Below, in pieces: positions 36,089 through 46,722 of a stretch of 64,000 nt of DNA (position 1 is its first letter; each line of letters opens with the position of its first letter). This DNA comes from Candidatus Hydrogenedentota bacterium (lineage in GTDB: Bacteria; Hydrogenedentota; Hydrogenedentia; Hydrogenedentales; JAEUWI01), in NCBI GenBank assembly GCA_034669905.1, contig JAXMOL010000032.1:1-64000 (forward strand), given 5' to 3'. The position numbers were made by a program, and so were the translations under genes. Below the pieces are notes generated by a model. That model had not been told where the DNA came from, did no database searches, and worked only from the letters and a program-made list of their open reading frames with translations.

Positions 36089-39085
36089 TCAGGCGACGTG
36101 CTGTTTGGCGAGGGCTGTTTCAATGACCTGAAGCAATTGGGCCATGTTGAAGGGCTTACGCAGGATATCGCGTACGCCACTGCCGGAAGCTTCCCCTATC
36201 TCCAGGTTGGAGGTAGGCCCGGCCAGCATAATTACGGAGAGGTGGGGCTTGCGCTTTTGAATCTCGTCGACGAGGGCCTGGGGCGTATTTACGCCTGGAA
36301 TGGCGCCATCAAGCAACACCAGATCCACCGGATTGGCAATAACTTCGGCAAGGGCTTCCAAGCCGTCTGCTGCGGTGCAAACGGTGTAGCCACGATTCTG
36401 GAGGGCTTCGGTCAGCACGTCGCCCAGCGCGGGATCATCGTCTACCAGCAGAATCCGGCTATCGGGCTTGCCACTGGCTTGTGGCCGTGGCCGCACCGGT
36501 GCGGGCGCGGGGGCTGACGCGGCGGGAGGGCGTTCTGCTGTCGGTGCCGGTGGAGTGGCTACCGGGGACGCGGGCTGCCATGCCGGCGCTTCGGCGGTGG
36601 CAAAACCGGGTACCTCTGGCGTACGCTCCCGACGGGTGTCTGGCGCACTATCGAAGGGGGAAATCTGCTCTCTGGGCGCTTCCGGCACGGGTCTGGGTGC
36701 GGCTGCGACGGGTTCGGGTGTCGCGGGCTTCGGCGCGGCGGGATGCGCTGACTCCGCCGTTGATACGGCACTTCGGCGCCGTGCTTCTGCATCGTCTTGC
36801 AGGGCCGCTGCCACTTCGGGCACCAATCGGGGGTGTTCGGCTCGGGAAGGGGATTCCAACGGAGGCCGGGTACCGACCGCTATGGCTTCGGCGGGACGGG
36901 CCACGGCTTCGTCAATCCGGGTCTCCACTTTGTCGGTGGAAATGGGCAGGGCGACGGTACACGTGGTCCCTATCCCTTCCTGACTGTGAAGGGTAATTGA
37001 ACCCCGGTGGGCTTCGATAATTCCATGGCAAACCGCGAGGCCCATTCCCGTACCCTCGGCGCCTGGCTGGGTGGTAAAGAAGGGCTCGAAGACCTTGTCC
37101 ATAATATCGGCGGCAATACCCTGCCCCGTATCGATAATCTGTACAAGTACGGCGGTGCGGTCTTGATTGGGTCGCACCCGAACGGTGAGCTTGTCACCCT
37201 GACGGGTCATGGCCTGTTCCGCGTTCTTCAGCAGGTTCTGGAAGACCTGGTCGAGTTGCATACGGTCTACAGGAATCTGCGGGAGATCCTGGGCGTATTC
37301 TTCGACCAGTTGAATGCCTTCTTCGGACAATTTCTGACGCACACGGTCCACCGAGGTCTTCACCAGATAGCTCAGGCGATTGGGCATGAGCTGGGGCGGA
37401 TTCGGGCGGGCGAACTGGAGCAGGTCGCGCAGGATGCCACAGGCCCGTTGGCTGTGTTCCACGATGACTTCCAGGGCTTTGCGGTCCTCGGGGCGCTCCG
37501 TGTTGGCGAGCAGCATCTGGGCCTTGCCGGAAATCACCGCAAGCGGGTTGTTGATCTCGTGGGCCGCGCCAGCAGCCATTTTCCCAACACTGATGAGGCG
37601 TTCGGTGCGCCGGTCATGGCGGTGGCTGAGTTCCTGCTTCCATACGGCCGCCGCGAGCGACTCCGCTTCGTCGTAGACACCGCGGACGGCGCGACAACGT
37701 GCGAGCGCGGCACCGGCGCTCTTTACGAAACGCATGAGATCACTCAGAAAACTATCGGAGAGGTTGGGCGAATTTGCCCCCCCCCTGAAAATCAACTGGC
37801 CCAGGCTACGGCTGCCATCCAACAACGGCAGGGCGATAAAGCCATGTCGATGGGCGGGTCCGGTCATATCTTTCGCGGTGACACCACTTTTTTCCAACGT
37901 GCCAATAAGCGAATCCAGGGACTTTCCATCGTCTGCTTCCCCACTGGCATCCTTGCCATAGACGCTCTCCGGCTCTTCTTCCAGACTGCGCCAACGGAGC
38001 ACCACGGAGGTGTCGCTCGCCTGATCGGTCAGATAGCACAAGCCGACCGGAATTGCGAAGGCCTTGCGAAGACCATCGACAAATACCGCAAGCTGCGCTG
38101 CGGGGGCCATGCCGGGCAACATCCGCTCATGCAAGGTGCACAGGGACTCATAGTAATTTCGTTCAAAGCGAAGGCGCGACGATTCCGTACGCGATTCCGT
38201 CGTGGCGGGCGTTTCCGCGGGTAAGGTATCCGAGCTGTCGGACGGCGTGGAATTGGCCGTACCATCCCGGAGTAATTCCAGCACGTCGACCCGCTCCATC
38301 CCCAGCCGCAAATAGCGCTGCTCATCGAGGGACGCCACCCGCTCCTGGGGTGGCGACTCCAGGGCATCACCATGGGCGAGGAAATTCGCCAGGGATACGA
38401 TCTCGATCAATTCAATGGGATAGGGTGTGGCGTCCAGCGTTCCTGGGGGATGGTGGTGAAGCCAAATGGTCGATACCACCGAGGCCGGTGCGCCCCAGGC
38501 ATCGGCGAGCCATTTACCGGCCACCGTATGATCCGCCCCTAACTCACGGCGTTCGGCTTCCAGGGCGTAGAGCCCCTGCTGCCGTACGAGTTCCAGGGCG
38601 CGGGTAAAGCCACCCGGAGTAACGCGATCGAGGGCGGGCTTGCCAATATCGTGGAGCAAGCCTGCCACATACGCAAGGGGCTGGTATCGGCTCTCAATCT
38701 TTCGGGCGATGCGGTCCGCATAGCCCGCCACAGAAAAGGCATGGGCCCAGAAGGCTTTCATATCGAGGCCGTGGCTGCGTGACCCGTCAAAAAGTGCAGG
38801 AGCCACCCGCTTAAAGGTCAGCTCCACGACCCGGGACAAGCCCAGGGCCTTCAGGCGATCTTCGAGGGGCGTCCCTTCCGGGCAGTGACACTCGTCGGCG
38901 GAAGCGGCCAGAAACTGACGCATCATGGCTTCGTCAAACTCGGCGATCGCGGCCAACTCGCTCCAGTTCACCGTCCCGGCATCGAGCGACGAGAGGATCT
39001 CGCGCGCAATGTGGGGCAGCACGGGCAGTTGCTGCAATGAGCTTATTCGCTGTTTGACGTCAGAATTTGTCATGGCCTCTTGCAT
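36089..39085 (-). CDS. Hybrid histidine kinase: HDOD - GAF-like - HisKA/HATPase - Pro/Ala linker - REC
   Basis: LPVLP, FWAH, AGLLHDIGK, AAHEINNP, GTGMGL, LLVDDD..LLD..KPF; start uncertain (39073-39142). Confidence 0.9.
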   Translation of the reverse strand: MQEAMTNSDVKQRISSLQQLPVLPHIAREILSSLDAGTVNWSELAAIAEFDEAMMRQFLAASADECHCPEGTPLEDRLKALGLSRVVELTFKRVAPALFDGSRSHGLDMKAFWAHAFSVAGYADRIARKIESRYQPLAYVAGLLHDIGKPALDRVTPGGFTRALELVRQQGLYALEAERRELGADHTVAGKWLADAWGAPASVVSTIWLHHHPPGTLDATPYPIELIEIVSLANFLAHGDALESPPQERVASLDEQRYLRLGMERVDVLELLRDGTANSTPSDSSDTLPAETPATTESRTESSRLRFERNYYESLCTLHERMLPGMAPAAQLAVFVDGLRKAFAIPVGLCYLTDQASDTSVVLRWRSLEEEPESVYGKDASGEADDGKSLDSLIGTLEKSGVTAKDMTGPAHRHGFIALPLLDGSRSLGQLIFRGGANSPNLSDSFLSDLMRFVKSAGAALARCRAVRGVYDEAESLAAAVWKQELSHRHDRRTERLISVGKMAAGAAHEINNPLAVISGKAQMLLANTERPEDRKALEVIVEHSQRACGILRDLLQFARPNPPQLMPNRLSYLVKTSVDRVRQKLSEEGIQLVEEYAQDLPQIPVDRMQLDQVFQNLLKNAEQAMTRQGDKLTVRVRPNQDRTAVLVQIIDTGQGIAADIMDKVFEPFFTTQPGAEGTGMGLAVCHGIIEAHRGSITLHSQEGIGTTCTVALPISTDKVETRIDEAVARPAEAIAVGTRPPLESPSRAEHPRLVPEVAAALQDDAEARRRSAVSTAESAHPAAPKPATPEPVAAAPRPVPEAPREQISPFDSAPDTRRERTPEVPGFATAEAPAWQPASPVATPPAPTAERPPAASAPAPAPVRPRPQASGKPDSRILLVDDDPALGDVLTEALQNRGYTVCTAADGLEALAEVIANPVDLVLLDGAIPGVNTPQALVDEIQKRKPHLSVIMLAGPTSNLEIGEASGSGVRDILRKPFNMAQLLQVIETALAKQHVA

Positions 39086-39171
39086 CACAACGAGTCGAAT
39101 GGGTGTGTTGAAGTGCTCTAAGGCGTTCACCCTACAACACATTCGTGCAGTTCGCTCGTGTGACTCTTTGC

Positions 39172-39218
39172 CTACTATATCATGTATGGTCGATAATCAC
39201 CAACACAATATATAGATG
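39172..39218. promoter_or_regulatory. Tandem NrdR-like boxes
   Basis: CTACTATATCATGTAT (39172) and ACACAATATATAGATG (39203), 31 bp apart; NrdR consensus acaCwAtATaTwGtgt. Confidence 0.6.
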
Positions 39219-39364
39219 GCAAATGGAGTCCATCCGCACCCCTGCTTCGCACACACATTCCCCAGGTATCGCTTCATTCCCATGTCTTCGCACCACTATA
39301 ATAGCAGGATTTTCCTGATAAGTGTCAACTTTCTGTCGATCGATTACCCTATACCGACCGGTAG

Positions 39365-40642
39365 CTAATCTTTCGCCGCGCTGAAGTCCCTCGAAAACGT
39401 GGCTACCCGGGACGCCTTCGATGGCTGAGTTTGGTAATCGGGCAGCAATTCCATCACGCGCACGCGATGACGTCGGAGGGACCACAAGATCCGCCGGTAG
39501 CCTTCCGATTCCTGATCCTCCAGCGCCAACTCCACCAATCGTCGCAGGACCCGGTCATCCTTGTCAACCATAGCAGACAATCCGTAATACACGGCGGCCT
39601 GTCGTACAGCGGGCTCCTCATCCTCCGCGAGGTAAAGGGCCAGATCGATGGCCTCCGCCGTGGGCTCCCGGACTGCCCCAATCCACCGTTCGCCGACCAT
39701 TCTGGCGGTTTGCGCACGGACCTCGGGGTCGGCATCTGCACTGCATTGCGCGAAGGCCGAAACGTGGGAATCATCCATGATGAGGGCAATATGCTCCCGT
39801 GCGATCAGTTCGAGCACTTCACGGCGCGTTTTGGAATTCCCTGTGTGCAGTGCCGCAGTCAGCGATGCCAACTGGTCACCCCAGCTTGCCTGGGCGGCTT
39901 CGCGGCGTTTGGCGGTGGCCCACGTAACGGCTTTCAGTTCCCGGGCCAGGATTTTCCGTACGGCCTCCGCCTTCTCCCGAATGGCAGGATCCGAATCGGT
40001 CTCGTAGGGCACGAGGAACGACGCCGCCTGCTCCCGCTGCTTTCCCACCCCCCAGGTAATGCGACTGAGGTCGTTGGGGTCATCGACCCGCATGGAAATA
40101 TCCACGAGCGTCCGGAGTATGGCGTCCGTCTTCGGCCGTACGACCGCGAGTCCGAAATAGATGGCAGGCCCCCGTGTGCCGTAGCGGTCTTCGTTGATTT
40201 CATTGCAGGTGGCCGCGTGGTACATGAGCTCGATAGCGGCGGGATGCTGAGGCGACTTCCCCCAGATGAAGGTATTTCCGACCCAGCGGAGAAGGGGCAC
40301 CGGCGACCGGGGATAGCGGCGTAGTCCCTGGCGAACGCGCGCCAGGTCGTCGTCATTGCCTGCAGCATTCCCATCCCGCTGTGCCCACCAGACGGCCAGC
40401 GCCTCGGCCCCTTTGGCGTCATCGGGAAAATAGGCCTCAAAATCAGGGGCCTGGTACGGGTCACTGCTGTTCCAGGCATAGCACACCTCGGCCGGCTTCT
40501 CGGCCCCTGGGGCGGCTCCGTCAACCTGAGCGGCCCCTGCGACAACGACCACTCCGCCCCAGCAACACCGTAGAAGTAGTCCCCGTGTCCATTCCCGAAA
40601 TGGAGTGCTCATAGCATTGACCCTTCCTTCGATGGGCTTCAC
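39365..40642 (-). CDS. Exported HEAT-repeat protein
   Basis: Hydrophobic N-terminus; DSDPAIR, DADPEVRAQ, DEEPAVRQAA repeats. Confidence 0.72.
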   Translation of the reverse strand: MKPIEGRVNAMSTPFREWTRGLLLRCCWGGVVVVAGAAQVDGAAPGAEKPAEVCYAWNSSDPYQAPDFEAYFPDDAKGAEALAVWWAQRDGNAAGNDDDLARVRQGLRRYPRSPVPLLRWVGNTFIWGKSPQHPAAIELMYHAATCNEINEDRYGTRGPAIYFGLAVVRPKTDAILRTLVDISMRVDDPNDLSRITWGVGKQREQAASFLVPYETDSDPAIREKAEAVRKILARELKAVTWATAKRREAAQASWGDQLASLTAALHTGNSKTRREVLELIAREHIALIMDDSHVSAFAQCSADADPEVRAQTARMVGERWIGAVREPTAEAIDLALYLAEDEEPAVRQAAVYYGLSAMVDKDDRVLRRLVELALEDQESEGYRRILWSLRRHRVRVMELLPDYQTQPSKASRVATFSRDFSAAKD

Positions 40643-40650
40643 TTCTTTCG

Positions 40651-41763
40651 CTACAACGCGATGGCGGCCACCAACGCACCGAGTAATTGTTCCACCATCC
40701 GCATGGCCGGTCCCAGCGCCACACTACACAGGAACCAGGCCATAACAAAACCACACCCCCCTTCCAAACGAAGCGGAAATCGGGCGGCGATCATCAGTAG
40801 TTTGATGACGAACGTGACAAAAAAGGCCATCACCATCAGAATACTCGCCATCGGACCGAAGACCCCGAAATGGGCAGCCCCCAACGTAACCAGACTATTC
40901 ATCACGGCAAAGGCGATACCCAAATAGATGACAGGGCGCAAATTGTCCCATTTGTCCTCATAGAGCAGGTCAAGCAACGCGAGCGTCACGTAGAGCCCCA
41001 ACCCCTGACCCAAGGCACTCGCCACAAAACCGAAGCCCTTGACCACCCACATCCAGGCAATCGGGAGTTCTTGTGCCCGCGCCCGATCCGGGGCAAAAAT
41101 CTGGGCTACCCAGTACTCGACAGGGAGGAGCGTGACCGCGATGACGGCAATAGCGCCGCAGGCGGCGAGGACGAGGAGGCCCTTCTTGTTCTCTTCCCAT
41201 TTACTGGGGACCTTTTCCGTCGCCTGCACGATTGGACGGGGTGCGTCGGGCCGCATCATATCGCGCCGTTCACGGAACGTCGGGACCTTATAGGTATCAT
41301 CGGCCCGGGCGGCACACAAATGGCATACGTCGCCATCATGGCGGGGATTCCGATCCCAATCCCCACGAAAAGCCTTGCCACATCGGGCACAGGCCCCATG
41401 GCCCCCTTCCGCAGCGGCTTCCCGAACCCCTTCGGACCAAACCCGCGGGGCTCCCGCGGCCACTGGGACGGATGGAATGCTTTCTTCTGGTGCTTCCGAG
41501 GGAGTGGGACTCTCAAAACTGTTTATCGTCGCGTCGGGCCCCTCCGCACCTCCGTCACCGAAGGCGTCGGAAGGCACTTCCGGTACAAATGACTCGACCA
41601 GGAGCTCGGCTTCCGGAAGATGCAATGCCTTCCCGCAGGCCAAACACAGCTTCGCCTCGCCATATCCAAAGACAGCCAAATCGTTTCGCTGTCCACACTC
41701 ACATACGACCGCTCGCCCCAAGGCAACGTACTCCCAATCCTGCGGTGCGATGAAATTGTCCAA
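40651..41763 (-). CDS. Membrane protein with N-terminal Cys-rich Zn-ribbon motifs
   Basis: CECG, CLACG, CARCG, CHLC, then about 5 TM segments. Confidence 0.7.
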   Translation of the reverse strand: MDNFIAPQDWEYVALGRAVVCECGQRNDLAVFGYGEAKLCLACGKALHLPEAELLVESFVPEVPSDAFGDGGAEGPDATINSFESPTPSEAPEESIPSVPVAAGAPRVWSEGVREAAAEGGHGACARCGKAFRGDWDRNPRHDGDVCHLCAARADDTYKVPTFRERRDMMRPDAPRPIVQATEKVPSKWEENKKGLLVLAACGAIAVIAVTLLPVEYWVAQIFAPDRARAQELPIAWMWVVKGFGFVASALGQGLGLYVTLALLDLLYEDKWDNLRPVIYLGIAFAVMNSLVTLGAAHFGVFGPMASILMVMAFFVTFVIKLLMIAARFPLRLEGGCGFVMAWFLCSVALGPAMRMVEQLLGALVAAIAL

Positions 41764-42019
41764 TGCCTATCCGGCCTCAAGTAGTCGGATAGCCACCATC
41801 GACACCACCCTAACCATACACTGTGCCCACCCGATCTATTCAAGGATGCCACGAAGCCCCGCCCCTGCCATCTTCCTGGACCCCGATCAGGCGGCGTTTG
41901 GTCGCCCATGAAAAACGATTTTTATAGTTGCAATTGATCAGATCGCCAGCGTAGCATCATTGTAGGTATTGATCACTTCGAAGCAATCGGTTTCATACCG
42001 ACCAAAGGGAGCACGCGGC

Positions 42020-45000
42020 ATGGGTGACAATCTACGACTGGCAGGTATCGGCGCATTCTTTCTACTGGTGCTGGCAGGCATCGGCTTTCTCGTCATGCAG
42101 GACGATGGCACCATCCCCGAAGTGGCGCCCGCAAGCACCACGCAGCAAACAAGCGCTCAGGATGGGGGCGATGCCCTGGCCCTCCGATCTGGTGGAAGAG
42201 CCTCGGGTGGCACACCGGCGCCGCAAAGAAATGATGACACACCGGACACTTCCCTGAATACGGAAGCGGTCGAAGAAGAGTCGGCAGAAGACAGCGCGGG
42301 TGATGAACCCCGCAAACGGGCCAGCCGCCCCCGGGGCCCCGGCGTGGTGAAAGGGAAAGTCACGTGGCATGGTGACGGGGCACCCGTCTCCGGTGCGTCC
42401 ATCCTGTTGGACTATGTGAAGCGGGAAAACAGTTACGATCCCTATCCCGACGAACGGGCCCAATGGACAGCCCGTTCCAATGAAGACGGGGAATTCCGTA
42501 TCACCAATCTTCCCGTGAATCATGTGGCAGGCCGTCGCGGCGGGCGTCTGGTGGTCATTGCGACGAAAGACGGGGCGAGTGCCATCGCGCACGCCGGCAT
42601 GACTGACGACGAGACCGATGCCCTCGTCGAGCTGGAATTACGCCCTACATCGGGCATCGGTGGACAAGTCCTGGGCGGTGACGGATCCCCTGTCGCCGGT
42701 GCCGTGGTGCTCCCCCACGAAATCCAGGAAAAGGAATTGGAGCGCACCTCCTATGGCGCTCGAAGCTTATGGGCCCGAACGGGGGCAGACGGCCGTTTTC
42801 AGCTGGACCACATGCCCGAAGGCACGTGGACCCTGGCGGTGCAGGCAAAGTCTTACGCCAATGTAATCTCGGACGCCGTCAAGACGGGCGAAACCAACGC
42901 ACACATCGTGTTAAAGCGGGGCAGTACGGTGAGCGGAACGGTCGTGGAGGCCAACGGCGGTGAGCCCGCTCCCAACGTATTCGTCACGATCAACGACCAG
43001 AAGAATTACCGCAATCAGCAGCGGGTCAAAACGGACGAGGAGGGGGCCTTTCACGCCGATGCCCTGGCCGACAGCGAGTACATCGTTCATTTGGAAGACG
43101 AGAACCGCATCCTCGTGGGCGAGCCCCCTACCTTCACCATTAGCGACGAAGAGCCGGTGGAGGGCATCAAACTCGCCATCATCGACGGGGGCATTGTGTC
43201 AGGCATGATCACCGACGCGGACACGGGTAACCCCATCGCAGGGGTTCGCATTCGCGCCCGGGGCAATAATCGTTCGACCAATCGCTCCCTGGAGGGCAGC
43301 AGCGACGCCACGGGATACTACCAGATCACCGGGATGCCCGGGGGCAGCTACACCTTGCAGCGGCGCTGGAAAGAAGGCTATCTCCACGGGGAATCCCGAG
43401 AAAACAAATCGGTGTCGGTCACCTTGGGCGAACACCTCGAGAACATTGATTTCTTGGTGCGGCGCGGCCTCTCGGTGACGGGCATCGTGGTCGATCAACA
43501 GGGTGAGCCGGTGCAAGGGGTCAATGTGGGTTGCCATCCGCTGGTTGACACGGGTGAAGGGGAAAACATATCCACCAAGGAAGACGGCACCTTTGCGGCC
43601 CGGGGCTTTTCGCCCAACGTCGAATTCAATATCCGGGTTAACGGTCGCGGCTACACCGCCCCTATGATGGGCCCCCTCAACACCGGAGAGACGGGATTGG
43701 AAGACATCAAGATTGTCGTTGAACCGGGAGCCTCTATTGCGGGCGTGGTGGTCGATACGAGTGGGAAACCCCTCTCGGGCATGTCGGTGAGTGCCCAGAA
43801 AGTGGGCGGTGGAAACGGTGGCGGTGCCGAATCTTTGGGCCCGGAAGGCGAATTCCACATCAAGAGCCTGGAAGAAGGCACCTATCAATTGAGTGCCCGT
43901 AACCGCAATTCCTGGGGCCGATCGGATGGGCCCAAAGAGGAGATCACCGTCAGCCAGGGAGAGAAAGTGACGGGGGTGCGGGTGGTATTCGGGGGCACCG
44001 ATGGCGCAACGATTTCCGGAAAAGTCACCAACTCCAAGCGGGAACCGGTCAAGGATGCCAGTGTGCAGGCCTACAGCCAGCAAGGCGGCGGTGGCTCCTA
44101 TGTGCAAACGGAGGAAGACGGCACCTTCGAGCTGAGCGTGGAGAAGGATCGCGTCTATCGCGTCGACGTCAATCACCGCGACTACAGCAGTGCCCATCGT
44201 GAAGAGGTCTCGCCGGGCGAGCGCAATCTGAATATCGAGCTGGAAGGCCGTGGCACGGTGGAAGGCCAGGTGCTCGATGCCACCACAGGACGCCCCATAC
44301 CCAACTTCGAAATTGCCCACCATAAGGGGCATTCGAATGGTATTAATTATCAAAACGGTGGCTATGTCGGCTTCTATGACGAAGATGGCCGTTTCAGCAT
44401 TTCCACGGTAGAAGCAGGAGAAGCCACGCTCTACGCACGGGCCAGTGGATACGCCCCCACCTTCCAGCAGATTCCCTACGTCGAGCCCGATGGCGTCACT
44501 GGAGGTATACAGTTCCGGCTCAGTCCCGGTGCCTCTATCGAAGGTGTCGTGTTGAATCTAGAGGGCGCCCCCATCTCGGGTGCGCGCATTTTCCTGGCGG
44601 CGCGGGTGGATGATTGGATGATTCGCCAGGGCAGTGGCTATGGTGCGGTGGCCACCTCCGATGCGAATGGCGCCTTTACCATCGATTCCGTCGGAGATGA
44701 CCTGCCCAAAATCACGGCCGTCCATCCGGATTACCCGAACACCACCATTGATGTCAGTCTTGACCTTGGCCAGGTCACCACCGTCGAAATTATTATGACC
44801 GGTGGTGCCACCATCGAAGGCACCGTGTCGGCCAATGGTGTCCCCATGGCGAACCAACACGTCTATATCCAAAGCAATCAGGGCGGAGGCCATCAATCGA
44901 CACAAAGCGATGCCAACGGCTTTTACACGATCGAGAAAGTCCCGGCAGGTGAGATTACAGTACACGCGCGGATACAGCGTGACGGGGCAACGAAGACCCA

Positions 45001-45652
45001 GTCCAAAACGGTCACGGTTCAGGGCGGATACACCACCACGGTCGACCTCGATGTGGAGTTTGGGACCGCAGCCGTGGAAGGTCGATTGACCGTCGGAGGC
45101 CAACCGGTGACCCAGGCCCATGTCGCGGCCATCCGCGTGGGTGGGGACAATACCAGCCCGGAACAGGTTCAGGGCCAGGTGTCACCAGACGGCACCTACC
45201 GCATCGATGGGCTCTCGTCAGGCACCCACCGCATCATGGCCAATGCTGCCGCCCCGGGGTCCGATCAGCGCCGGATGCGCATCATTGAGATCACGGTTCA
45301 AGACGGCCAAACGGTTCAGCTGGACATCGAGTTGGAAGACGGGGCACACATCCGGGGAATAATTTCAGGGGTTTCCGATTCCCGCCGGGTACAAGTGCTG
45401 GCCCTCTCCGGCGCTGTGACGATCACGGATCCGCAGACGGACATGACGTCGCCCGCCATGCAGTCGCTGATGGCGGGCTATTCTTCCGTTGCGGCCGACG
45501 GCAGCTACGATCTCAGCGGGCTGGATGCTGGCCAATATACGGTGGTCGCCCTCGAGTTCGGGCAGAATGGCTATGCCGATGCCGCGTTTGCCACGGGGAC
45601 CCTTCAGCTTGGTAACACCGGCGATGGCGCGCTGAACCTCGCTATTCGCTAG
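42020..45652 (+). CDS. Large membrane-anchored protein with many carboxypeptidase-regulatory-like (Cna-B-type) repeats
   Basis: N-terminal anchor; about a dozen G.V.D..G.P..GA.V ... TD.DG.F repeats. Confidence 0.85.
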   Translation: MGDNLRLAGIGAFFLLVLAGIGFLVMQDDGTIPEVAPASTTQQTSAQDGGDALALRSGGRASGGTPAPQRNDDTPDTSLNTEAVEEESAEDSAGDEPRKRASRPRGPGVVKGKVTWHGDGAPVSGASILLDYVKRENSYDPYPDERAQWTARSNEDGEFRITNLPVNHVAGRRGGRLVVIATKDGASAIAHAGMTDDETDALVELELRPTSGIGGQVLGGDGSPVAGAVVLPHEIQEKELERTSYGARSLWARTGADGRFQLDHMPEGTWTLAVQAKSYANVISDAVKTGETNAHIVLKRGSTVSGTVVEANGGEPAPNVFVTINDQKNYRNQQRVKTDEEGAFHADALADSEYIVHLEDENRILVGEPPTFTISDEEPVEGIKLAIIDGGIVSGMITDADTGNPIAGVRIRARGNNRSTNRSLEGSSDATGYYQITGMPGGSYTLQRRWKEGYLHGESRENKSVSVTLGEHLENIDFLVRRGLSVTGIVVDQQGEPVQGVNVGCHPLVDTGEGENISTKEDGTFAARGFSPNVEFNIRVNGRGYTAPMMGPLNTGETGLEDIKIVVEPGASIAGVVVDTSGKPLSGMSVSAQKVGGGNGGGAESLGPEGEFHIKSLEEGTYQLSARNRNSWGRSDGPKEEITVSQGEKVTGVRVVFGGTDGATISGKVTNSKREPVKDASVQAYSQQGGGGSYVQTEEDGTFELSVEKDRVYRVDVNHRDYSSAHREEVSPGERNLNIELEGRGTVEGQVLDATTGRPIPNFEIAHHKGHSNGINYQNGGYVGFYDEDGRFSISTVEAGEATLYARASGYAPTFQQIPYVEPDGVTGGIQFRLSPGASIEGVVLNLEGAPISGARIFLAARVDDWMIRQGSGYGAVATSDANGAFTIDSVGDDLPKITAVHPDYPNTTIDVSLDLGQVTTVEIIMTGGATIEGTVSANGVPMANQHVYIQSNQGGGHQSTQSDANGFYTIEKVPAGEITVHARIQRDGATKTQSKTVTVQGGYTTTVDLDVEFGTAAVEGRLTVGGQPVTQAHVAAIRVGGDNTSPEQVQGQVSPDGTYRIDGLSSGTHRIMANAAAPGSDQRRMRIIEITVQDGQTVQLDIELEDGAHIRGIISGVSDSRRVQVLALSGAVTITDPQTDMTSPAMQSLMAGYSSVAADGSYDLSGLDAGQYTVVALEFGQNGYADAAFATGTLQLGNTGDGALNLAIR

Positions 45653-45664
45653 TCCTCAATAAAG

Positions 45665-45706
45665 AACCCGCCTGTCTCGCAACGCCATTTGCGGGACAGG
45701 CGGGTT
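45665..45706. terminator. Bidirectional terminator between convergent genes
   Basis: AACCCGCCTGTCTCGCAA-loop-TTGCGGGACAGGCGGGTT. Confidence 0.8.
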
Positions 45707-45732
45707 TAGTTTTGTGCCACTGATTCCGGCCT

Positions 45733-46347
45733 TCAGTCGGAGTCTTTCTCCGGCTCCGGCGCGTCAAACCCATAGAGCATGAGCAAATCCAGGTGCCGTT
45801 TCAGCGTGCTCTGAATCGACTCATCCGTGCGGTGGCCCACCCGTTGCGCCCGGGGCGTGCCGGCCCACACTTCATTCTCTCCGACATTCTTGGTGACGAT
45901 GCTGCGGGGCAGTATGACCGCACCCCGGCCAATCTTCACCCCCGGCATAATATAGCTGTGATTTCCGATAAAACAGTTTTCACCAATAATTATGGGATCA
46001 CTCTGGTGGGGCGTCAGGCGCCAATGGACATCGGTACCCCGGAAACTGTGGTTCATATCACGAATCACGCTGTAGGCTTCAATACACGTATTGTTGCCAA
46101 TCTCAACGTAGTCGTTCCCGGCGATAAGCACGTGGTCTTGCAACACGACGTCGTCGCCCACCATAATCTTTCCGCGCTTGTGGGTGCGCATGAGGACATT
46201 GTTATACACCGTGCAGCGGGCACCCAATTCGACGTGCCCCTTTATCTCCAGGTGCTCTGCCTGGAAGGTGCAGCCCTCCCCCACGCGCTTGAATAGACGC
46301 TTATGCCGACGCTGTCGCCACGTTTCGAAAATACTCATGGTAGTCAT
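45733..46347 (-). CDS. Hexapeptide-repeat (LbH) acyltransferase
   Basis: IIIGENCFIG...IMPGVKIGRGAVI...SIVTK, WAGTP. Confidence 0.88.
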   Translation of the reverse strand: MTTMSIFETWRQRRHKRLFKRVGEGCTFQAEHLEIKGHVELGARCTVYNNVLMRTHKRGKIMVGDDVVLQDHVLIAGNDYVEIGNNTCIEAYSVIRDMNHSFRGTDVHWRLTPHQSDPIIIGENCFIGNHSYIMPGVKIGRGAVILPRSIVTKNVGENEVWAGTPRAQRVGHRTDESIQSTLKRHLDLLMLYGFDAPEPEKDSD

Positions 46348-46588
46348 CCTTTGGCGGTATTTTACGGATGCGGTCGCTGCGGCTCAATATTCTACCGCCG
46401 GATGTCGAAAAGAAGGGTACGAACATCACACCGCGACGTGCCCGCCCCAACCTTGCCATTGGCTTCCGAGCGTCCCATTTCCTGCCGGGACCGATGGATA
46501 CCAAAGTGGGACAGCTTCCCGCATAACGTATTGATTTCAGACAACTTAACCGATTAAATCCCGAAAAGTACGGAAAAAATCCGGCGGT

Positions 46589-46631
46589 GTACATTTTTGT
46601 ACTTGCAGATGTTCCCCATACATGATAGTAT
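46589..46631 (+). promoter_or_regulatory. Sigma70 promoter with an abutting GTACA-N4-TGTAC palindrome
   Basis: GTACATTTTTGTAC 46589-46602; TTGCAG (46603)-17 bp-TAGTAT (46626) with extended TG. Confidence 0.65.
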
Positions 46632-46634
46632 TTG

Positions 46635-46682
46635 TTCCAACATATAGTGTAGACACTGCGTCACCACGCCTATATGTTGTGT
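46635..46682. promoter_or_regulatory. Tandem NrdR-like boxes
   Basis: TTCCAACATATAGTGT (46635) and CGCCTATATGTTGTGT (46667), 32 bp apart, overlapping the predicted TSS. Confidence 0.7.
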
Positions 46683-46722
46683 CAAGTCAACAACGCGATC
46701 AATTGGGAAGCAGCCTACGACC

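Noticed and set aside
35801..36517. 238-aa ORF starting MARPTGFEP
   Set aside because: Translation of the tRNA antisense strand and the kinase shadow.
37007..38224. 405-aa plus-strand ORF (and similar shadows such as 15392-16594 and 43199-44353)
   Set aside because: Opposite well-supported genes; no recognisable domains.
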